Origin: Nannocystales bacterium
Lineage (GTDB): Bacteria; Myxococcota_A; Polyangia; Nannocystales; Nannocystaceae
DNA: 64,000 nucleotides
Reading direction: 5' to 3'
NCBI GenBank assembly: GCA_050633305.1
Contig: JBOEGF010000010.1
Span: 256,001-320,000 of the forward strand
Part shown: piece by piece, positions 57,826 to 64,000 of the stretch
How positions within the stretch are numbered: position 1 is the first letter of the stretch
Layout of the letters: every line of letters starts with the position of its first letter
Position numbers and translations under genes: made by a program
The notes under the pieces: generated by a model
What the model was told of the DNA's origin: nothing
The model's database searches: none
The model's input: only the letters and a program-made list of their open reading frames with translations

Positions 57826-58857
57826 ATGCCCAGTTCACTCGACGCTGCACCCAAGGTCTATGGTGGCGATTTCCGTGAGCTTTTCCGGAATCCGTTCGCG
57901 CTCGTCGTCGCGGTCCTAGGGTGCGGGCTCACCCTCAGCCTGATGGTCTTCTTGGCCTATCAGATGAGCCGAGACTGCATCGCCACCTTCGAAAAGGCTT
58001 GGGTCGAGCACGGCGATCACGAACTTTACAACGAGGCGTTTCAAGACGCGGTCCTCGCGGACTGTGACTCCCTCGAAGACGAGGTCTGCTTGCTCCAGAT
58101 CAAGACGCGGTGGCTCGCGGACGACATGGACGTCCACGGCATCACCTTCAACCTTGCGGTGACCGAGGCCTGCCCCGCGGAGACCGAGGACGAAGACGAG
58201 TTCGAGATCGACTTCGAGCCCGGCACGCTCGTCAAGCTCGGCGTCGAGATCGACGAGAAAGAGATTCCCGAGAAGATCATCATCCAAGAGACCCGGGCCG
58301 AAGAAGAAGAGATTCCCGAAGAGGCGGTCACCGAGGACGAGGAAGCCAAGCCCGCCGAGGAAAAGCCCGAAGAGGAAGAGAAGCCCAAAGAAAAGCCCAA
58401 GGACAAGCCCAAGAAGCCGGTCGAGAAGAAAGACAAGAAGCTTCCAACGTCCAAGCTTCCCACGAAGAAAAACACCCCCTACGACGACCTGCCCACGCAG
58501 ACCGTGCAAAAGGGGGACCCATTCGGTGACCCCGGGGGCTGGTCCGACCTCAAGAAGGACGGCGATCCCTGGGCAACTCAGGTGATGAAGGCCCTCAACA
58601 ACATGCCGGTCGGCGCCTTCGGGGCGAAGATGGGCAAGGGCACGACCAAGTTCCAGATCACCCTGTGCAAGGACGGCAAGGTGAAGAAGGTGCAGAAGAA
58701 GGGCGGCAGCTTGAGCGCAGCCGACCAGGCCCGAGTGGCCAACGCAGTCCGCTCGCTCAATCTCCCCAAGCCCCCGGCCAAGGTCGCGAAGAACATGAAG
58801 GGCAGCTGCGCCAAGATCAAATACACGTTCGTCTGGTCCAACGGCGGCGTGAAGTAG
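57826..58857 (+). CDS. TolA/TonB-like energy transducer, copy 1
   Basis: Position between tolR and tolB; TM, Glu/Lys/Pro-rich linker, TonB_C-like C-terminus. Confidence 0.7.
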   Translation: MPSSLDAAPKVYGGDFRELFRNPFALVVAVLGCGLTLSLMVFLAYQMSRDCIATFEKAWVEHGDHELYNEAFQDAVLADCDSLEDEVCLLQIKTRWLADDMDVHGITFNLAVTEACPAETEDEDEFEIDFEPGTLVKLGVEIDEKEIPEKIIIQETRAEEEEIPEEAVTEDEEAKPAEEKPEEEEKPKEKPKDKPKKPVEKKDKKLPTSKLPTKKNTPYDDLPTQTVQKGDPFGDPGGWSDLKKDGDPWATQVMKALNNMPVGAFGAKMGKGTTKFQITLCKDGKVKKVQKKGGSLSAADQARVANAVRSLNLPKPPAKVAKNMKGSCAKIKYTFVWSNGGVK

Positions 58858-58875
58858 CCCCTCTCACTCCCCTCA

Positions 58876-58912
58876 AGCCCCCAGCCTTTGCAGGTGTGGG
58901 GGCTCATTTGTT
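58876..58912 (+). terminator. Weak terminator-like hairpin between the two tolA-like copies
   Basis: agccccca/tgggggct stem followed by catttgtt. Confidence 0.35.
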
Positions 58913-58989
58913 GAAGCAACGGGCCCGCTCAACCGTCGGTTTGTCTGTGGACCGCCCGTTGATGCACACCCAAGGACGGAGGTCGCGCG

Positions 58990-59991
58990 ATGCCCAGCGC
59001 CCTTGAACCTGCGCCCAAGGTCTATGGCGGGGATCTCCGGGAGCTCCTGCGGAGTCGGTCGGCCTTGCTCGGTGCGCTGGGCGGGTGCGGCTTGATCGTG
59101 GGTCTGACTGTCTTGCTCGCGTATCAGCTCAGTCGGGACTGTGTTGCGACGTTTGAGCAGAGCTGGCGGACACAGCTCAGCTATGACCTCTACAACGAAG
59201 CGTTCTCCGACACTGTCTTGGCGGAGTGCGACACGCTCGAAGATCGGCCGTGTCTACACGAGATGAAAACGCTGTGGGTCGAGGATGGCCGGGAGGTTCA
59301 TACCGTTGCCTACAACCTGGCGGTGACCGAGGCGTGCCCTGCCGAGACCGACCACGAACATGAGTTTGAGATCGAGTTTGAGCCCGGCGCCCTCATGACG
59401 TTGGGTGTCGAACTGGTGGACGAGCCTGCCGTTCCGGACGCGCGGCCTGAACCCCCGCAGGAGGCCCAGCACGTCACCGACGACCAGGATGCTCGCCCTG
59501 CGGAGACGTCGACCGAACCGGACGAGCAACCAGACGACACGCCGACCGAGCCGGTTTTCGACCGGGACCGGAGGCTCCCGCCCGCCAAGACCCCGATCCG
59601 CAGAACCACGCCTTTTGACGAGCTGCCGAGGCCGGCTGTGCGCAAGGGGAATCCGTTTGGCGACCCAGACGGCTGGTCCGACCTCAGGAAGGACGGGGAC
59701 CCTTGGGCCACCGCCGTCATGAGGGCGCTCGACCAGATGTCGGTGGGCGCCTTCGGGGCGAAGATGGGAGAGGGCACCTCCAAGTTTCAGATCACCCTCT
59801 GTAGGGATGGGCGGGTGAAGAAGGTGCAGAAGAAGGGGGGGAGCCTTCGGGCCGCTGATCAAGCGCGAGTCGCCAACGCGGTGCGTGTGCTCAGGCTGCC
59901 CAAACCCCCGCCTACGGTCGCGAGCGAGATGAAGGGAAGCTGCGCCAAGATCAAATACACGTTCGTTTGGTCGAACGAGGGCGTGAAGTAG
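58990..59991 (+). CDS. TolA/TonB-like energy transducer, copy 2 (tandem paralog)
   Basis: Colinear with copy 1 end to end (APKVYGGD, NLAVTEACPAET, KFQITLC, KGSCAKIKYTFVWSN). Confidence 0.7.
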   Translation: MPSALEPAPKVYGGDLRELLRSRSALLGALGGCGLIVGLTVLLAYQLSRDCVATFEQSWRTQLSYDLYNEAFSDTVLAECDTLEDRPCLHEMKTLWVEDGREVHTVAYNLAVTEACPAETDHEHEFEIEFEPGALMTLGVELVDEPAVPDARPEPPQEAQHVTDDQDARPAETSTEPDEQPDDTPTEPVFDRDRRLPPAKTPIRRTTPFDELPRPAVRKGNPFGDPDGWSDLRKDGDPWATAVMRALDQMSVGAFGAKMGEGTSKFQITLCRDGRVKKVQKKGGSLRAADQARVANAVRVLRLPKPPPTVASEMKGSCAKIKYTFVWSNEGVK

Positions 59992-60166
59992 CCGCTGTAT
60001 CCACCCAATCGCTGCCACGAAGCTCGCGGCGGCTCGAGGGATCGCGGGCGCGAGGCGTTGTGCCCCATACAAAAAACCGCAAACCTCGGTTATCACGCGG
60101 TAAAGGCCACTTCCCCCGTCCCCCCCGGACGGCTATGCTCCCCTCGGAGCGAGGTCCAACCTGACT

Positions 60167-61441
60167 ATGAAGCGAACTCTCATCGGTACCACCGCTCTCG
60201 CCGGCATCCTCCTCGGCGGGGCCTACTGGGCAGGTCAAGACGACACTGCACTCATCAACGAGGCACAGGCCGCGCCCGAGACGGGCGTTGGCGGGACAGT
60301 GGTCTTGCTCAAGCTCGCCGTACCGGCGGGTGACGAGGTGGGCGACGTCGTGCGCAAGAACGCGAAGCTCTCCGCGGGCTTCGATGTTGTCGACCGGCGG
60401 TCACTCCCCGCAGCCCTCATCAAGGAGAAGGGCTTCAACAAGAAAGCCTGGGTCGAGACCGGCGCGCAGGCGGTCATCAAGAACGCCGAGATCAACGGCC
60501 AGATCAAGTTCCAGCTCTACGATCTGTCGCGTGGCAAGAAGCCCGTGCTCTCGAAGGGCTACCCCGCGGGCGACAAGCGCAAAGCTGCGCACCGCTTCAT
60601 GAACGAGGTCATCAAGCACTACACCGGAACGCTTGGCGTGTTCGGGTCGCGCATCGCCTTCGTGCGTACGCGTCGTAGTCCCACGGTCTCCAAGAACATC
60701 TTCACGATGGAGATGGACGGCGGCAACGTGGCGGGCGTCACCGCCAACCGCTCGCTCAACATCCTTCCGTCGCTCGGCCCCGGTGGTCAGGTCATCTTCA
60801 CCAGCTACGCCAAGCGCAACCCCGACCTGTGGATGAGCAGCGGCGGTGGACCGACCCGGATCTCGAAGTTCCCCGGTCTCAACCTTGGCGGCACGATGAG
60901 CCCCACCGGCGGTGCTATCGCGCTTACGTTGTCCAAGGACGGCAACTCCGAGGTCTACACCATCGGCACGAGCGGCAGCGTCAAGGCGCGGCTCACCAAG
61001 AACGCGGCCATCGACGGTTCGCCGACGTGGAGCCCCGGCGGGAACCAGATCGCTTTCGTTTCGAACCGTGCGGGTGGACCTCAGGTCTTCCGCATGAGCT
61101 CGGGCGGTGGCGGCGCGGCCCGGGTGAGCAAGAAGGGCAACTACAACCAGACGCCCGACTGGAGCCCTGGCCAAGGCGAGTACGGACAGTGGATCGCGTA
61201 CGCAGGCCGGGACGGCAGCCGCTTCGATGTGTTCGCGGTCAACGTGAAGTCCGGCAAGATCAAGCGAATGACTCAGGGCGGCGGTCGCAACACCGACCCG
61301 ACCTGGTCGCCTGACGGACGCCTGATCGCGTTCTCGTCCTCGCGCGGCGGTATCACCATCGCGAACGAAGACGGCAACAACCAGATCCAGGTCATGCGCG
61401 CTGGCACGACCCCGGACTGGGGCCCTCGCGCGCTGAAGTAA
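60167..61441 (+). CDS. tolB: TolB (PD40 beta-propeller)
   Basis: AHRFMNEV...GVFGSRIAFV; PD40 repeats SPTWSPGG.QIAFVSNRAGGPQVF, PTWSPDGRLIAF. Confidence 0.88.
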   Translation: MKRTLIGTTALAGILLGGAYWAGQDDTALINEAQAAPETGVGGTVVLLKLAVPAGDEVGDVVRKNAKLSAGFDVVDRRSLPAALIKEKGFNKKAWVETGAQAVIKNAEINGQIKFQLYDLSRGKKPVLSKGYPAGDKRKAAHRFMNEVIKHYTGTLGVFGSRIAFVRTRRSPTVSKNIFTMEMDGGNVAGVTANRSLNILPSLGPGGQVIFTSYAKRNPDLWMSSGGGPTRISKFPGLNLGGTMSPTGGAIALTLSKDGNSEVYTIGTSGSVKARLTKNAAIDGSPTWSPGGNQIAFVSNRAGGPQVFRMSSGGGGAARVSKKGNYNQTPDWSPGQGEYGQWIAYAGRDGSRFDVFAVNVKSGKIKRMTQGGGRNTDPTWSPDGRLIAFSSSRGGITIANEDGNNQIQVMRAGTTPDWGPRALK

Positions 61442-61464
61442 CGCATCGCGACTGCGTTCGAACG

Positions 61465-61501
61465 AAACCCCGCGGGCCTCGAGCCGGCGGGGTTTTTCTT
61501 T
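61465..61501 (+). terminator. Intrinsic terminator after tolB
   Basis: aaaccccgc/gcggggttt stem followed by a T-rich tract. Confidence 0.8.
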
Positions 61502-61600
61502 GCCCTCAGCACGAACCCGCTCGGCCTCCAGGCCTCAGGGATGACTCCGCTCACATCGGCGCCGTGATCGATTGGGGCGCGGCGAGCTTCGTATGTGGCG

Positions 61601-62053
61601 ATGAATGACTTCGCTGCCAAGTTCCCCGCCGCGTTTGCCGGCCTCATTGCACTCGTTGCCGTCGCGCTCGCCATCGGCAGCGGATACGCCACTGCTGGCA
61701 TGGGGCAAACGGTGGGCCTCGCGATCTACTTCGCCATCTTCGCCGCCGCCGGATTCGCAGCAAGCTTTGCGACCCAGGCCGGGAAGGGCACCGCGATCCT
61801 GGCCATGATCGTCGCAGCGCTGATCACGGGGGCGGCGTACTACGCCATCGTGAGCAGCACGATGAGTGGAGCCACCGAGGCCCTGAGCACAGGCGTCGGT
61901 GCCGATGGGGACGCGGGCGCCGAAGCCGGTGGAATCCTGGGCACGTTCATGGGCGTGGTCGTTGCGATCGTCGCCATGGGGGACGCCCTCGTCGCAGGGA
62001 TTGGAGGTGCCGTCGCCGGATCCAAACTCAAGGCTCAGATCACGGGCCGCTGA
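61601..62053 (+). CDS. Small integral membrane protein (about 4 TM)
   Basis: Hydrophobic Ala/Gly-rich helices. Confidence 0.7.
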   Translation: MNDFAAKFPAAFAGLIALVAVALAIGSGYATAGMGQTVGLAIYFAIFAAAGFAASFATQAGKGTAILAMIVAALITGAAYYAIVSSTMSGATEALSTGVGADGDAGAEAGGILGTFMGVVVAIVAMGDALVAGIGGAVAGSKLKAQITGR

Positions 62054-62669
62054 TCTGGTGCAGCGTGTCCCCCAACGCACGCGTCTGCGCCTCGAGGCTC
62101 TCAAGGGCCGCATCGCGCAACTGCGGGGACTGAGCGCCCATCTGTTCGCGGAGGATCTCCTTCCCGCGCCGCAGACGACTGCGGACCGTCCCCTCGGGAA
62201 TGCCGAGCACGTGTGCGATCTCGGGGGCGGTCGCGTTCTCCCAGTAGTAGGATTCCAGAGCGATCTGGTAGTCGAGTGGCAGCCGGCGGAGCGCTCGCTG
62301 TACGAGCTGCTGTTCTTGCCTGCGCACGACCCAGGTGCTTGGACGCGGGTCGAGATCCTCGACCGACGTTTCGAGTGGATCGAACCGGGCCTGTCGTCTC
62401 GCCGTGCAGCGATAGTGCCGTACGAGTTCACTGCGGGCGACCGCCAACAGATACGCCCGGAAACTCGCCGCATCCCGCACCTCGTCCCTTCGTTCTACGC
62501 AAACGGTCAACGTCTGCTGCACGAGGTCCTCGGCGGCATCGGAGGCCTTGTTGAGGAAGAACCGAAACAGGAGTCGGTGATAACGCTCAATGATGAGCCC
62601 ACCCGCGTCGCGGTCGCCCCCGCGCCATGCTTCCATCAGTTCCGCGTCACTTCGCTCGGTGTTGTTCAT
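62040..62669 (-). CDS. ECF (sigma-70 group 4) RNA polymerase sigma factor
   Basis: SDAELMEAWRGGD, AEDLVQQT, FRAYLLAVAR, ALRRLP, EIAHVLGIPEGTVRSRLRRG. Confidence 0.92.
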   Translation of the reverse strand: MNNTERSDAELMEAWRGGDRDAGGLIIERYHRLLFRFFLNKASDAAEDLVQQTLTVCVERRDEVRDAASFRAYLLAVARSELVRHYRCTARRQARFDPLETSVEDLDPRPSTWVVRRQEQQLVQRALRRLPLDYQIALESYYWENATAPEIAHVLGIPEGTVRSRLRRGKEILREQMGAQSPQLRDAALESLEAQTRALGDTLHQISGP

Positions 62670-64000
62670 CGTCCGCTCTCCCGCATCGCTGCCACCTCAC
62701 TCAACCGTGCCGCAGCATTCTCGACTTCGGGGTGGTCATCGTCGAGCGTGTGTCGAAGCGTCGCGAGTGCATCTCTGTAGTTGTTCTCCGCCGCCTCGAG
62801 CTGACCGAGTTGCTCATGGACCTCCGCCAAGGACATCAAGCTACGCCCGACCGCGGGGTGCTCGTCGCCGAGCGTGGCTTGTCGAATGGCCAGTCCGCGC
62901 TGGGCGAGCGGAAGCGCCTCCTGGGGCCGGCCGAGTTCGACGACCACCAGGGCGATGTTGGCCAAGGTCGAACTCAGCGAGGGATGCTCGGGCCCAAACG
63001 CCTGCTCTCGGATCTCCAAGCATTCTCGCCACACTCGCTCGGCCTCGACAAGATCCCCTTGCTTGGCAAACACGAGGCCCAGGTTGTTGTTCGCCGTCGC
63101 GACCCCCGGGTGTCTCGGACCCAGCGCCTTCGCAAAGTCGCCACGTGCTTGCTCGATCTGTTCACGCGCGATGTCGAGCCTGTCTTGCTGCAAGGCGACT
63201 GTGCCTAGCTCGAACCGGGCGTCGGCGGTGAGGAAGTGGTCGGGGCCGAGGGCGTTCTCTCGAATCTGCAGCGCACGCTCGAGCCTCGTTTGCGCTTCGT
63301 CGAAGCGTGCCAGCCGCTGCAACGTGATCGAGACGGTGTAGTGCAGCTTGCTCGAGACGATCGGGTCGGGCGAGTCGACGAGCAGGCTCTCGGCGTGCCT
63401 GCCCCATCGTAGAGCTTCCTCGTAGTCCCCTCGATCGGTGTGGAGCCCGACCAGGTTGCTCGCGATCTTCAACGCGCGCACCTCGAGATGGTGTTCTCGA
63501 GCGAGGAAAAACGCCTCCGTGGAGTATCGAAGCGACTCCTCGTACCGGGCTTGGTGGCTCGTCACCACGGCGAAGGTCTGCAATGCCTCGACACGCAGCG
63601 GAGCGAATCCCAACGCATTCACCTGCTCGAGTAGCTCCGAGAGCCGGGCATTTGCCTTCGCGAACTCGGCGTTCTCGACCATGGGATGCACCGACTGCAG
63701 CTCGCTCATCAAGGCCGCCACAGGGCCCCGCAACGAGAGGTCGTCGGGGGGCTTGAACTGTGTCGCGAGGTACCGCGAATCGGCGCAATCCTCGACGGGT
63801 GGGAGTGCATACACGGCCGATACGCTTCCTCGTAGCGTGCGCTCGGACGGCTCTGTCGACAGCCGCGTCACGAGTTCGAACAGGCTTCTCTCACGCCGTT
63901 GCAGGCAGCGGGCGACCGCGTCTCGGGGCGTGCTCGCGCTCTCATTCGTCACGGAATTGCAGGCGGAGCGCTGGGCCGCGGCGAGTTCCCGGACGTAGTC
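62666..64000 (-). CDS. TPR-containing C-terminal part of a probable Ser/Thr kinase (5'-truncated by the window edge)
   Basis: Frame is open to the window end; C...CL..R...C pattern and LGP.HP TPR units parallel the extracytoplasmic part of 35941..39087; the kinase domain is not in the window. Confidence 0.75.
   Translation of the reverse strand, partial: DYVRELAAAQRSACNSVTNESASTPRDAVARCLQRRERSLFELVTRLSTEPSERTLRGSVSAVYALPPVEDCADSRYLATQFKPPDDLSLRGPVAALMSELQSVHPMVENAEFAKANARLSELLEQVNALGFAPLRVEALQTFAVVTSHQARYEESLRYSTEAFFLAREHHLEVRALKIASNLVGLHTDRGDYEEALRWGRHAESLLVDSPDPIVSSKLHYTVSITLQRLARFDEAQTRLERALQIRENALGPDHFLTADARFELGTVALQQDRLDIAREQIEQARGDFAKALGPRHPGVATANNNLGLVFAKQGDLVEAERVWRECLEIREQAFGPEHPSLSSTLANIALVVVELGRPQEALPLAQRGLAIRQATLGDEHPAVGRSLMSLAEVHEQLGQLEAAENNYRDALATLRHTLDDDHPEVENAAARLSEVAAMRESGR

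Noticed and set aside
1..64000. Many long overlapping antisense and alternative-frame ORFs; mobile elements; tRNAs
   Set aside because: Alternative ORFs are Arg/Pro/Ser-rich artefacts of high GC; no transposase, integrase, terminal repeats or tRNA cloverleaf were recognised

Overview
GC-rich, gene-dense bacterial chromosome segment with about 60 CDS. The gene content points to a myxobacterium (Myxococcota, probably Nannocystaceae-like): Cys-rich lipoproteins, a MYXO-CTERM-like tail, zf-HC2/Ser-Thr kinase/TPR proteins, and GspC-like and carboxypeptidase-regulatory/PDZ proteins. This assignment is an inference. I found no rRNA, tRNA, CRISPR array, integrase or transposase. Recognisable loci are two PilZ genes, aqpZ, a FIST-histidine kinase-response regulator operon, TetR with an ABC exporter, a KshA/Neverland-type Rieske oxygenase, a putative metal-uptake operon, a periplasmic nitrate reductase operon, pyrF, a tolQ-tolR-tolA-like x2-tolB cluster and an ECF sigma/TPR pair. 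The best candidates for undescribed biology are: (1) a His-rich leader ORF ending in an RGPP arrest-like motif ahead of two His-motif lipoproteins and a TonB-dependent receptor; (2) a napA operon built with a tetraheme cytochrome/NrfC-like/NrfD-like module, a doubled tetraheme NapB and a porin, with no napC/napGH/napD in the operon; (3) a FIST-coupled histidine kinase with a zinc-ribbon-like insert in its DHp domain; (4) a tandem-duplicated TolA-like gene lacking the TM His, with no adjacent pal. All calls come from motif recognition by eye; no database searches were run. Many start codons were reassigned from the ORF track and are approximate.
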